Shown piece after piece: positions 50,175-60,300 of a stretch of DNA of 64,000 nt. The translations under genes and the position numbers were made by a program. The stretch is from Rickettsiales bacterium. GTDB taxonomy: Bacteria > Pseudomonadota > Alphaproteobacteria > Rickettsiales > UBA1997. Every line of letters begins with the position of its first letter. The first letter of the stretch is position 1. The stretch spans positions 2,663-66,662 of the forward strand of contig JBLHTM010000001.1 in assembly GCA_047627215.1 (NCBI GenBank), in the 5' to 3' direction. Under the pieces are notes generated by a model. That model saw only the letters and a list, made by a program, of their open reading frames with translations, searched no databases and was not told where the DNA came from.

Positions 50175-50688
50175 ATTTTACACCGCCATAGCAACTGGAT
50201 TTTGGGTTGGAAAGATTCCTTTTGCACCAGGAACTTTTGGAAGCATTTTGGGGGTTTTCCTGTGGATTATTCTAAATAATTTATTAATTAAATTCGAATC
50301 TTCTGTAATTTTTATCAATATTTTTTGGGGTACTTTAATCACCTTTCTAACAATTATTGGCATTGTTTCGGCAGAATTTTATTCCAAAAAAAACGGAAAA
50401 GATGACGCTAGTGAAATTGTAATTGACGAAATTTGTGGGCAATGGATCACTTTCTTCATTGCCTCACTTTTTATCGATATTTCATCAAACTATCTCTTAT
50501 TGTTTTTAGGTTTTATATTTTTTAGGTTCTTCGATATCACAAAACCTTTTGTAATTGGAACTGCAGATAAAGAATTAAAAGGTGGTCTTGGAGTTATGGT
50601 AGATGACTTGCTAGCAGGAGGTGCGGCGGCGGCTTTGCTTTATATTGTTGATATTTTTTTGATAAAAGATTTTTTAGAAATCTTCTAA
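50161..50688 (+). CDS. pgpA: phosphatidylglycerophosphatase A
   Basis: 175 aa. GFWVGKIPFAPGTFGS, IVIDEICGQW, FRFFDITKP motifs. Overlaps dapE by 14 nt. Confidence 0.88.
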   Translation: MLKDKFYTAIATGFWVGKIPFAPGTFGSILGVFLWIILNNLLIKFESSVIFINIFWGTLITFLTIIGIVSAEFYSKKNGKDDASEIVIDEICGQWITFFIASLFIDISSNYLLLFLGFIFFRFFDITKPFVIGTADKELKGGLGVMVDDLLAGGAAAALLYIVDIFLIKDFLEIF

Positions 50689-51062
50689 CTTTCTGCTATA
50701 AATTGTGAATCATTTTACAAAAATTGGACAGCAAAAGAGGTTTTTGTCAAAGAAATCGGATTAGGAATGAAATTTTATTTTAAGTTGTGAAATATGGTAA
50801 TTAATAAAAAGTCGAAAAATTTTATTAAGATAAAATTAAGAGGAATAAGTTTAGAATTAAACGCCAAATATTGATGATATTAAGCTAAAACAATTCCAAA
50901 TCGACAATTCTATTATTGCAATAATTTTGACCAGCACTTCTGTTTTTTACATCACCAAAATCTCAAAAATTTAAACAAAAATACTTTTGAATTTTATAAA
51001 ACGATAATTACCATAGCCGCCTTTAACAGATAGCCTTAAAAATTCCTTTATATTTCTCCAAA

Positions 51063-52058
51063 ATGGATCCGATCTTTCTTGAATATTTATTCAACATTTT
51101 AAACATTATTGGCAAAATTCTTTTAGTTGTATTGCCTTTGGTTGGCGGTGTTGCTTATTTGACTTTGATGGAGCGACGAGTGATCGCCGCTATGCAGCTT
51201 CGTAAAGGCCCAAATGTTGTTGGTGCTTTTGGACTTCTTCAGCCTCTAGCTGACGGCTTGAAACTCATGCTCAAAGAAGTTATTTTACCTACAAAAGCCA
51301 ATAAAATTCTCTTCCTACTAGCTCCATTCATCACTTTCATGCTCGCTCTAATTGCTTGGGCAGTGATTCCCTTCAGTGAAACTTGGGTTATTGCTGACAT
51401 TAATGTTGGAATAGTATATTTACTTGCTACTTCATCTCTTGGAGTTTATGGGGTTATTATTGCTGGTTGGGCGTCAAACTCTAAATATGCATTTTTGGGA
51501 GCAGTTCGCTCTTCAGCACAAATGATTTCTTATGAAGTTTCAATTGGCTTGGTTATCGTCACAGTAGTTCTTTTGGCTGGATCATTAAATTTGACTGACA
51601 TTGTTTTAGCGCAAACAAACCATTGGTTTGCTCTGCCTTTATTCCCTATGTTTATCATCTTTTTCATCTCCACACTCGCCGAAACAAATCGCCTACCATT
51701 TGATCTTCCTGAAGCGGAGTCTGAGTTAGTTGCTGGATACAATGTGGAATATAGTTCAATGCCATTTTCAATGTTCTTTTTGGGTGAATATGCAAATATG
51801 ATTTTGATGTCTGCCACAACAACAATCTTGTTTTTGGGTGGATGGCTTCCTCCTTTCGATAACGCATTTTTCAACTTTATTCCTGGAGTTATTTGGTTTA
51901 TCTTAAAAATCGTTTTCTTACTTTTCTGTTTTATCTGGGTTCGAGCAACTTTGCCTCGCTATCGATATGATCAGTTAATGCGTCTTGGGTGGAAAGTATT
52001 TTTGCCAATCTCACTAACTTGGGTTGTTGGAGTTTCTGCCTATGTTGTTTATTTCTAA
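51063..52058 (+). CDS. nuoH: NADH-quinone oxidoreductase subunit H
   Basis: 331 aa. [18 protein letters not shown] and [26 protein letters not shown] motifs. Confidence 0.96.
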   Translation: MDPIFLEYLFNILNIIGKILLVVLPLVGGVAYLTLMERRVIAAMQLRKGPNVVGAFGLLQPLADGLKLMLKEVILPTKANKILFLLAPFITFMLALIAWAVIPFSETWVIADINVGIVYLLATSSLGVYGVIIAGWASNSKYAFLGAVRSSAQMISYEVSIGLVIVTVVLLAGSLNLTDIVLAQTNHWFALPLFPMFIIFFISTLAETNRLPFDLPEAESELVAGYNVEYSSMPFSMFFLGEYANMILMSATTTILFLGGWLPPFDNAFFNFIPGVIWFILKIVFLLFCFIWVRATLPRYRYDQLMRLGWKVFLPISLTWVVGVSAYVVYF

Positions 52059-52120
52059 ATCTATTTATTTACGCAGCGTGAGCTGCTTATCAATGAAGTA
52101 TTTGAATTAATTTAAGTATC

Positions 52121-52624
52121 ATGATCAAAAAACTTGCCATCAAAATCATCAAACTAGCCTCAATTTTTGGGCTAAAAGAAATTGTCTACGGAATGTCCCT
52201 GACGCTTCGCTATATGTTCAAACCGAAAGTCACCATCAATTACCCTTTTGAGAAAGGACCGATCTCACCAAGATTCCGTGGTGAACACGCCTTGCGTCGA
52301 TATCCAAACGGTGAGGAAAGATGTATTGCTTGCAAATTATGTGAGGCTATTTGCCCAGCCCAAGCAATCAAAATTGAAGCTGAGGAAAGAGAAGACGGCA
52401 GTCGTAGAACTACGGTTTACGACATTGACATGCTAAAATGTATTTATTGCGGATTGTGCCAAGAAGCTTGTCCGGTTGATGCAATTGTCGAAGGACCAAA
52501 TTTTGAATTTGCCACCGAAAATCGTGAAGAACTTTATTACGACAAAGAAAAACTTTTAGCCAATGGCGACAGATGGGAGCACGCTTTAGCAAAAAATATC
52601 GAAGCCGATACAGATCAAAGATAG
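52121..52624 (+). CDS. nuoI: NADH-quinone oxidoreductase subunit I
   Basis: 167 aa. Two 4Fe-4S motifs [12 protein letters not shown] and [12 protein letters not shown]. Confidence 0.96.
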   Translation: MIKKLAIKIIKLASIFGLKEIVYGMSLTLRYMFKPKVTINYPFEKGPISPRFRGEHALRRYPNGEERCIACKLCEAICPAQAIKIEAEEREDGSRRTTVYDIDMLKCIYCGLCQEACPVDAIVEGPNFEFATENREELYYDKEKLLANGDRWEHALAKNIEADTDQR

Positions 52625-52673
52625 TCACTAACTACCGGACAATAATTACTTACAACTTACAACTATTATAATT

Positions 52674-53297
52674 GTGCTAGCAGATATCTTATTTTACTTA
52701 TTTTCATTCGTTCTATTGACTTCATCTTTCGTGGTAGTTGGCACCAGAAATACAATCTATTCAGTATTGTTTTTGATTTTGGCTTTCTTCAATGCGGCAG
52801 GATTGTTCATTTTACTAGGAGCAGAATTTTTGGCAATGCTTTTGATAGTTGTTTATGTTGGAGCGATTGCAGTCCTATTCTTGTTTGTAGTGATGATGCT
52901 TAATGTTGACAATGACGAAGTTCAAAAAATAAAAACAAAATTCAACAAATATTCATTTATAGCATTTTTTATAGGAACGGTTTTATTTATAGAAATCAGC
53001 CTGATCATACAGCCGTCAACAATGCTTTTTGACAATAAAACCGCCAAATCTTTAGAGATCGCAAAAGATGTTTCTAATAGCGAGGCAATTGGAAATGTTC
53101 TCTACACTGACTTTATTTTCCCATTCCAATTATCTGGAATGATTTTGTTCGTTGCCATGATTGGTGCAATCGTTTTAACTCTTCGTGACCAAACTCGCTT
53201 CATCAGAAAACAAAATATTGGCCAGCAAGTAGCAAGAACAAGATCTGATTCAGTTAAACTAGAAAAAGTTGAATCTGGAAAAGGAATAGACATTTAA
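52674..53297 (+). CDS. nuoJ: NADH-quinone oxidoreductase subunit J
   Basis: 207 aa. GTRNTIYSVLFLILAFFNAAGLF and VVYVGAIAVLFLFVVMM. GTG start. Confidence 0.9.
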   Translation: MLADILFYLFSFVLLTSSFVVVGTRNTIYSVLFLILAFFNAAGLFILLGAEFLAMLLIVVYVGAIAVLFLFVVMMLNVDNDEVQKIKTKFNKYSFIAFFIGTVLFIEISLIIQPSTMLFDNKTAKSLEIAKDVSNSEAIGNVLYTDFIFPFQLSGMILFVAMIGAIVLTLRDQTRFIRKQNIGQQVARTRSDSVKLEKVESGKGIDI

Positions 53298-53380
53298 AAT
53301 AATGATGAATTATGTGTTGTAAATGATAAATAAAAAATCAATTCATAGCTCATAGATCATAAACCGTAACTCATTGACTC

Positions 53381-53692
53381 ATGCTAAATATCACAATCAG
53401 CCACTTTCTATTTCTCTCTTCCGCTCTTTTTTGCATCGGACTTTCAGGAATGTTCATAAATCGCAAAAATGTCATCTCCCTATTAATGTCTTTAGAGATC
53501 ATGCTTTTAGCAGTTAATATCAATTTTGTAGCGTTTTCTTCTTACCTTGGTGACTTGGTTGGGCAAATATTTGCCATTTTTGTCTTAACAATAGCTGGAG
53601 CTGAAGCTGCTATAGGTCTTGCTATTTTGGTTATTTACCAAAAAAATAAACATAATATCGAAATTGACGAAGTTTCAATAATGAAGGGTTAA
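53381..53692 (+). CDS. nuoK: NADH-quinone oxidoreductase subunit K
   Basis: 103 aa with three TM segments. [15 protein letters not shown] and [13 protein letters not shown]. Confidence 0.93.
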   Translation: MLNITISHFLFLSSALFCIGLSGMFINRKNVISLLMSLEIMLLAVNINFVAFSSYLGDLVGQIFAIFVLTIAGAEAAIGLAILVIYQKNKHNIEIDEVSIMKG

Positions 53693-53737
53693 AAATTGTC
53701 TATAATTTTCTGTCGGTGTCCTCAAAAATATCAAAAA

Positions 53738-55165
53738 ATGGATCTTAAAAAACTCGGCACCCTCATTATATTCATAATTATCACCCTCCCCTCACAATCA
53801 TACAGCGCTAACAAAAAAATAACCCCTTGCAACATCACGATTCGTGAAACTGCATATTTATTAGATAAAGCAGAAAAAGGAGACAAGGTCTATATCAGAG
53901 CATTGGAGATTTGCAAAAAATCCAATCGAGAATTATTTTCAAAACTAATAAATATTGATCCTTATTATTTCAAATTTGCATCAAAAGATCTTAAGAATGA
54001 CGAAGTTTTTATTAGCAAATTTGTTACCATGAATCCAGACATCCTCAAATACACATCTTCAAAACTTTTAGGAAATGAGCATTTCATGACCAAAATGACA
54101 AGATTATTCCCAAATGCCTTAAAATATTCAGCCCCCGAATTAATGAATAAGCGAGGATTTGTTAAAAATATGGTAAGAATGAATCCTAGAAATTTTTCCT
54201 ACGCCTCATATAGATTGCAAGATGATAAGGAAATAGCGCTTCTGGCACTCAAAAAAAGTGGTAAAATGCTCAAATTTGCGTCAGATAGACTAAAAGACGA
54301 TGAAGAAATAGTTATTCAAGCAATAGAATCTTTCAATCTTTCAATAGATTTTTCCTCCGACAGGTTACAAAAAAAACCTAAAATAAAAAAACTAGCATCA
54401 CAAATCGATTACAGCTTTATTGAAAAATTAGACAATTTTCTAAAAAAGAATTATGGAGGTCTTGGAGTTGGGCCAAAATCTTCTAGAGGTTACCATATTG
54501 TCAATATGGCACTTTACTTTGACAAAAATAACATTAACTACAACCCTTACGTGACAAAGTGGGAGCAAGTTTACAAAAATGGTATTGGGACTAACGACAT
54601 TATGCTCGACACCAAAAGCGTTAATGATGGCGGATGGAAGGTAGATTTTGACGAATATCCAGAACTGATAAAAGAAATCGAAAAAATCTTTTACCGCAGC
54701 AAAATTGATCAAAACACTATCGACGCTCTCAACGCTGTTTCATTGTGGAAAGTGTCGACGAAACCATTAGTTCTAGCATTCAACCTTTATTTACTTCGCA
54801 AAATTAATGATCCTTATGTCGGCAAAGAAGCTTCAAACATTATTCTCTTGACCGCAATCGCCAAAAAAATTGACCAAACAGATAAGGCTTGGGAAATAAG
54901 CATTGTTGATGTTATTTTTGATGCTAATTTGAAAATGGATGTCAGATATCCAAGTGGCCATCGTCGTTACAAAATATGGGATATTTATACGGAGGATGAG
55001 AATGACAAAAATCCTAAAATTCTTTTTAAAGTTGAAGATGCCAATAGTGAATATTTTGAACTCTTCTCTAAACAAATAAATAATCGTTACGCCTCAATTT
55101 ACAAAGGCGGAGGATATTCGATGGAAATAAATTTATTTGAAGATCTTAACATTATTTCTCAATAA
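53738..55165 (+). CDS. exported DUF4116-repeat protein with an uncharacterised C-terminal half
   Basis: I prefer ATG 53738 (MDLKKLGTLIIFIIITLPSQSYSA, signal peptide) over the track start at 53696. At least five tandem ~30-aa units end in L.(Y/F)(A/T)S..L..D.(E/V), e.g. KFASKDLKNDEVFI, KYTSSKLLGNEHFM, SYASYRLQDDKEIA, KFASDRLKDDEEIV. Confidence 0.65.
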   Translation: MDLKKLGTLIIFIIITLPSQSYSANKKITPCNITIRETAYLLDKAEKGDKVYIRALEICKKSNRELFSKLINIDPYYFKFASKDLKNDEVFISKFVTMNPDILKYTSSKLLGNEHFMTKMTRLFPNALKYSAPELMNKRGFVKNMVRMNPRNFSYASYRLQDDKEIALLALKKSGKMLKFASDRLKDDEEIVIQAIESFNLSIDFSSDRLQKKPKIKKLASQIDYSFIEKLDNFLKKNYGGLGVGPKSSRGYHIVNMALYFDKNNINYNPYVTKWEQVYKNGIGTNDIMLDTKSVNDGGWKVDFDEYPELIKEIEKIFYRSKIDQNTIDALNAVSLWKVSTKPLVLAFNLYLLRKINDPYVGKEASNIILLTAIAKKIDQTDKAWEISIVDVIFDANLKMDVRYPSGHRRYKIWDIYTEDENDKNPKILFKVEDANSEYFELFSKQINNRYASIYKGGGYSMEINLFEDLNIISQ

Positions 55166-55166
55166 A

Positions 55167-56588
55167 ATGGCACCAAAAATTACCTACTCCTGTCAAGAAT
55201 GCGGAACAATTCATACGAAATGGGCAGGAAAATGTCCTGATTGCGGAGCATGGAACACGCTTTTAGAAGAATATGAAATTGGAGGTTTTAACGCGGAAGG
55301 GGGGAATCTTAGTACCAATATTCTGGCAAAAAATAAAAATGTAAAAGACAGGGGCCGAAAAATTGATATGGCCGGTCTCGACACTTTGGGTGTTGATGTG
55401 CCACGAATTAAAGTTGGAATTGCTGAATTGGATCGAGTTTTAGGTGGGGGATTGGTCAAAGGTTCTGCGGTTTTGATTGGTGGAGATCCTGGAATTGGAA
55501 AATCCACCCTACTCCTTCAGGCGGCCGCATCTCTTGGAGTCTTAGGAAATAATGTTTATTATATTTCTGGAGAAGAATCAATTGACCAGGTTCGTCTTCG
55601 TGCCAAAAGGTTGGGGTTAGAAAAATCAGGAGTCAAATTGGCCTCAACCACCAATGTTTTAGATATTCTAAAAACACTAGATAACAAAGATACGCCAACA
55701 GCAGTCGTTATTGATTCAATTCAAACCATGTACATCGAAGATTTAGCTTCCGCCCCAGGAACGGTATCTCAGGTTCGTGCGTCAGCTGGTGAGCTAACAA
55801 TGCTTGCCAAAAGAAAAAACATCATTCTCATAATTGTTAGTCACGTCACCAAAGATGGACAAATCGCCGGCCCAAAGGTTTTGGAGCATTTGGTTGATAC
55901 AGTTCTTTATTTTGAAGGAGAACGCGGTCATCAATTCAGAATTCTACGTTCTATAAAAAACCGCTTTGGCGCCGCCAATGAAATTGGTGTCTTTGAAATG
56001 AACGACGTTGGACTTTCAGAAGTTTCCAATCCAAGCGAATTATTTTTATCCTCACGAACCACTAATATTTCCGGCGCCGCAGTTTTTGCTGGAATGGAAG
56101 GAACGAGGCCAATTCTAGTAGAAGTTCAAGCGCTGATAGCTCCTTCATTCATACCAACTCCAAGACGAGCAGTTGTTGGCTGGGATTTAAATCGTTTGGC
56201 GATGATTATTGCTATTTTAAACGCAAGGTTTGGCCTTAGTTTGGCAGATAAAGAGGTATATTTAAACATTGCTGGTGGATTACGTATAAACGAACCCGGA
56301 GCCGATCTGGCGGTTGCCGCAGCCCTCATTTCTGCTGCTCGAGATATTCCACTACCTAATAATTGCGCCGTTATCGGAGAGTTAGGCCTAAGTGGAGAAG
56401 TGCGAATGGTTTCAGGAATAGACGTTCGTTTGAAAGAGGCTGGAAAGCTTGGTTTTAAAAATATTATCGTTCCCAGTGGGGTTGAAAAATTAAAAAGCTG
56501 GAAAAGCTTAAAAAATGGTCTAAAAGATGTTAACATTCAAACCGTTTCTCATATTCGCGATTTAGCAAGATTTTTTAAGAAATCCTAA
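55167..56588 (+). CDS. radA: DNA repair protein RadA (Sms)
   Basis: I prefer ATG 55167 (MAPKITYSCQECGTIHTKWAGKCPDCGAWNT zinc ribbon). Walker A GDPGIGKST, KNRFG motif, C-terminal Lon-like domain. Confidence 0.95.
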   Translation: MAPKITYSCQECGTIHTKWAGKCPDCGAWNTLLEEYEIGGFNAEGGNLSTNILAKNKNVKDRGRKIDMAGLDTLGVDVPRIKVGIAELDRVLGGGLVKGSAVLIGGDPGIGKSTLLLQAAASLGVLGNNVYYISGEESIDQVRLRAKRLGLEKSGVKLASTTNVLDILKTLDNKDTPTAVVIDSIQTMYIEDLASAPGTVSQVRASAGELTMLAKRKNIILIIVSHVTKDGQIAGPKVLEHLVDTVLYFEGERGHQFRILRSIKNRFGAANEIGVFEMNDVGLSEVSNPSELFLSSRTTNISGAAVFAGMEGTRPILVEVQALIAPSFIPTPRRAVVGWDLNRLAMIIAILNARFGLSLADKEVYLNIAGGLRINEPGADLAVAAALISAARDIPLPNNCAVIGELGLSGEVRMVSGIDVRLKEAGKLGFKNIIVPSGVEKLKSWKSLKNGLKDVNIQTVSHIRDLARFFKKS

Positions 56589-56623
56589 TTTCAATAATTA
56601 CCAACATAAAAGTAACTAAAAAG

Positions 56624-57202
56624 ATGAACAAGAAATATTTAGCAATTATTTTACTTTTCTTAACAACCTCTTGCATTGAAACACTATTTGTTGGAGCTGC
56701 AGCAACTGTAATTGTGGTTGCGCAAGAAAAACAACCCTCAGAAACAGCAAGTGATATTTGGATTACTACGCAAATTGATCAGAAATTTCTTTTTGCTGGA
56801 CTAAAAAACCCAGCCAATAAAATTGGAGTTACAGTTGATAAGCAAAGGGTTTTGCTGACAGGAATTGTTGATTCTAAAAGAATGGTCAAAAAAGCCAATT
56901 CTCTTTCTTGGAGAGTTCCAGGAGTTAAGGAAGTTATTGATGAAATTCAGGTTTATTCAAAAAAATCAACCATTCGCAATTTCTTAAACTATTTCAAAGA
57001 TGCTTCAATAACAGCTCAAATAGGAACAAAAGCTTTGATGAGTAAAGACATAGCTTCGATAAATTTTGAAGTTGTAACTATCAATAAAGTAGTTTATTTG
57101 ATTGGATCCGCCAAAAATGAAAGAGAAATAAGATATTTAACAGAAATTGCCGCCAAAGTTATTGGGGTTAGAAAAGTTATTAGCCATATATCCTTAAATT
57201 AA
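56624..57202 (+). CDS. BON-domain lipoprotein (OsmY-like)
   Basis: 192 aa. Lipobox LLFLTTSC. Two BON-like units (VTVDKQRVLLTGIVDS...VPGVKEVIDEIQV and VVTINKVVYLIGSAKN...VIGVRKVISHISL). Confidence 0.75.
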   Translation: MNKKYLAIILLFLTTSCIETLFVGAAATVIVVAQEKQPSETASDIWITTQIDQKFLFAGLKNPANKIGVTVDKQRVLLTGIVDSKRMVKKANSLSWRVPGVKEVIDEIQVYSKKSTIRNFLNYFKDASITAQIGTKALMSKDIASINFEVVTINKVVYLIGSAKNEREIRYLTEIAAKVIGVRKVISHISLN

Positions 57203-57571
57203 GTCCTCTCTTAACAAATATTGAATCTTTTTAAACTGGGTGGGCAGATCGATTAATATCCTACGCAGGACGAGTTTTTTAAATGACTTCAGTCATTTTA
57301 AGTTATCTTCATGCTGGAAGATAGCAGCTTTACTGGCTTACAAAATCTTAATCCGGCACCTTGGAGGAAAAATATCCACCTTCTATCTTTCCACCAATCA
57401 TTAAAAAATCCTCGATTATTACTCACAAGATCTTCACTGTCGAGAGGGTGTAAGGCGTAGGGGATAAAAAGTGTGTAAGTTCTGACATCCATGTACCAAA
57501 AAGATGTAAAACTAGATATTAAAGAGCAATAAAGATGAAGTTAAAGATAAGGTTAATTTACAAAAATAACA

Positions 57572-59374
57572 TTATTCAGCACATAGTTCACTAAGTTCGA
57601 TCCAACGATTTTCTGATATTTCTAACTCTTTTTGCAATTTAGCTATTTCCATGGAGATAAATGCCAAATTTGCAGAATTTCTATCTTCTGTCTCACTTAA
57701 TTCTTCGCTTAGATCAGTAATTTTATTTTCCAATCTTTCTATCTTTTCTGGCAGTTTTTTGAGCTCATAAACATATTTATAAGAAAGTTTTTGTAAGATT
57801 TTGTTTTCACTTTTCTCAATAGCTTTTTTCTTCGAAATAGATTCTTTTTCTTCGATTTTATTCTTATTTTTAAATTCCAAATAATCACTGTATCCACCCA
57901 GATGATAGGTTATTGTGCCATCATCTTCAAAAGCTAAAATACTTGAAACCGTGTTATCGAGAAAATCACGATCATGACTAACCATTAGAAGGTTACCTTG
58001 ATATTCATTCAAGAAATTTTGCAGCATATCCAGTGAATCCATATCCAAATCATTGGTTGGCTCATCTAAAATTAGGAAATTTCCCGGATTAGCTAAGGTT
58101 TTTGCCAAAAGTAGGCGATTTTGTTGACCTCCAGAAAGGGTTGATGCGATGGTTTTGGTATCTTTTGGATCAAAAAGGAAATCCTGCAAATATCCACAAA
58201 TATGTCTGACCTGACCATTTGCCATTTGTACATAATCCGAACCACCCGGACATAGAATATTTTGAATAGATAGGTTGGGTTTAATTCCAATTCTTTTTTG
58301 ATCGAAATAAGAAATAGCAAGATCTTGTGCAGATTTTATTTTTCCAGAATCAGGTTCAAGCTCACCCAAAAGCATCTTGATTAAAGTACTTTTACCCGAG
58401 CCATTTTTACCAATAATGCCAATTTTTTCACCACGAAGAATTTTGAGTGATAATTTGTCGATTATTGTTTTTTCTCCAAAATTTTTTACCACATTGGTTA
58501 GTACCGCAATCAAATGTGGAGAATCTTCCTTTATATCTTGTTCTGAGATCTTGATATTACTTTTCGCCCCAAACACCAGTTTTCTCTTCTCTTTCATCTT
58601 TGTCTTGAGCTCTTGTAAATAATGCAAACGCCCAACATTTCTTTTTCTTCTACCCGTCACTCCAGTTTGAAGCCATCCACTTTCAAGTTCAACTTTCTTC
58701 TCCAAATTTCTAAGCTCTCTTTCTTCTTGACCCAAAATCAGATCCGACCATTCTTCAAATTTTCGATATCCATGATCACTAACTTTAATCACTCCATTTC
58801 GAAGCCAATAAACCTTATTAGAAATATTTTCTAAAAATTTTCGATCATGACTAATCACCAAAAGTGATCCTGAATAATTGCGCAAATAACCTTCTAGCCA
58901 TTCAATCACCGTCAAATCCAAATGGTTGGTCGGCTCATCTAAAAGCAAAATATCTGGCTCCAAAATCAATGCTCTTGCAAGCCTGACTCGTCGAGCCTGA
59001 CCCCCAGAAAGAGTTTTAAGAACGGCATTAACATCAATTTGCAGATTATGACAAACGATATCCACCAAATATGATTTATCATCATCACCTTCCAATTCTT
59101 CGAGCAAATATTCCAAGACAGTAATATCGCTAGGCATTTCTTCTGATTGGGATAAATATCCAATCACACATCCAGATTGAACCCATCTTTCACCAATATC
59201 AAAATCTATGCTGCCAAAAATCGCATTGATCAAAGTTGTCTTCCCTGATCCATTTTTTCCGACCAGGCAAACACGGTCACGAGGAAATAGATTGAGGTTA
59301 AGATCCTCAAAAAGAACTTTTTTGGCAAAAGATATACTTGCGTTTCGGATGGATAATAATGGAGGATTAGACAT
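57572..59374 (-). CDS. ABC-F family ATPase (Uup/EttA-type, no TM domain)
   Basis: 600 aa. Two ABC cassettes (GKNGSGKTTL/LSGGQARR and GKNGSGKSTL/LSGGQQNR) plus a C-terminal coiled-coil. Confidence 0.88.
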   Translation of the reverse strand: MSNPPLLSIRNASISFAKKVLFEDLNLNLFPRDRVCLVGKNGSGKTTLINAIFGSIDFDIGERWVQSGCVIGYLSQSEEMPSDITVLEYLLEELEGDDDKSYLVDIVCHNLQIDVNAVLKTLSGGQARRVRLARALILEPDILLLDEPTNHLDLTVIEWLEGYLRNYSGSLLVISHDRKFLENISNKVYWLRNGVIKVSDHGYRKFEEWSDLILGQEERELRNLEKKVELESGWLQTGVTGRRKRNVGRLHYLQELKTKMKEKRKLVFGAKSNIKISEQDIKEDSPHLIAVLTNVVKNFGEKTIIDKLSLKILRGEKIGIIGKNGSGKSTLIKMLLGELEPDSGKIKSAQDLAISYFDQKRIGIKPNLSIQNILCPGGSDYVQMANGQVRHICGYLQDFLFDPKDTKTIASTLSGGQQNRLLLAKTLANPGNFLILDEPTNDLDMDSLDMLQNFLNEYQGNLLMVSHDRDFLDNTVSSILAFEDDGTITYHLGGYSDYLEFKNKNKIEEKESISKKKAIEKSENKILQKLSYKYVYELKKLPEKIERLENKITDLSEELSETEDRNSANLAFISMEIAKLQKELEISENRWIELSELCAE

Positions 59375-59383
59375 TGGGTTTAT

Positions 59384-60214
59384 TTAAGATTTTGACAATT
59401 CAATCGAACGTTTACTAGCTGCTTCCATGGCGTCAAAAACAATATTCTTTAATTGATCATCTTTTTGTAAAACGTCTAAGGCTGCTTGGGTAGTCCCTCC
59501 TTTGCTGGCGACCGATTTCTTCAAATCTTCCAAATTTAGATCTGATTCTAAGGCCATTTTGGCGCTACCATAAATTGCTTGTTTGGCAAGTTTTTCTGCT
59601 GAATCTTTATCAAGTCCAAGTTTTATTCCGGCTTCAACCATAGAGCTGAGAAATAAGAATAAATAAGCCGGAGAGCTTCCAGAAATTGCCGTAACTGGAT
59701 TCATTAAATCTTCATTTTTTAAAGCAACATTCTTTCCAACTCCATTCAAAAATGAGGCCAAAGATTCAATTTCAGAAGCCTTGATATTTTGATTAAAGAA
59801 ATATCCGAAAGACCCTTCTCCCACGAAAGTTGGAAGATTAGGCATGATTCTCAAAATTTTTGCATCTTCTCCTAAAATTTCTGTAAAAAACGGGGTTTTC
59901 TTGCCAGCTAGGATTGATGTAAAAATCGTTTCCGAATCAGCCATTTTTTGACTGGAATTATGAGACATAAAATCACTGATAATTTCTTTGGCAACTTGAG
60001 GCTTAAAACCAAAAACTACAATATCAGCAACATAGTCATTTGGAAGTTCTTCATAGGAAGAAATGTATTTAATGCCAACGATTAGATTATTTTTGCTGGG
60101 CTTGAGGATGGTAAAATTTTGATACTCAAAACCATTTTTAAGTAATCCGCCGATTATTGCCGAACCCATTTTTCCACAACCGATAAATAGAATTTTTTGA
60201 TTATTATTTGTCAT
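59384..60214 (-). CDS. proC: pyrroline-5-carboxylate reductase
   Basis: 276 aa. ILFIGCGKMGSAIIGG NAD(P) loop and SKGGTTQAAL motif. Confidence 0.9.
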   Translation of the reverse strand: MTNNNQKILFIGCGKMGSAIIGGLLKNGFEYQNFTILKPSKNNLIVGIKYISSYEELPNDYVADIVVFGFKPQVAKEIISDFMSHNSSQKMADSETIFTSILAGKKTPFFTEILGEDAKILRIMPNLPTFVGEGSFGYFFNQNIKASEIESLASFLNGVGKNVALKNEDLMNPVTAISGSSPAYLFLFLSSMVEAGIKLGLDKDSAEKLAKQAIYGSAKMALESDLNLEDLKKSVASKGGTTQAALDVLQKDDQLKNIVFDAMEAASKRSIELSKS

Positions 60215-60300
60215 TTTGATGATTTGATTTTTAAAATTCTATTTTTTAATAAAAAATTAAGTTTTTTTGCGAATAATTTTCCAAAAAAAAATGGAAAAAT

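Noticed and set aside
57298-57492. 64-aa minus-strand ORF, and RNase P-like strings (ggaggaaaaatatcc, ctggcttaca) in the 57203-57571 spacer
   Set aside because: The ORF has no protein-like features. The two RNase P-like strings are in the wrong order and spacing for RNase P RNA, and the locus is too short. It is retained only as an unclassified ncRNA candidate.
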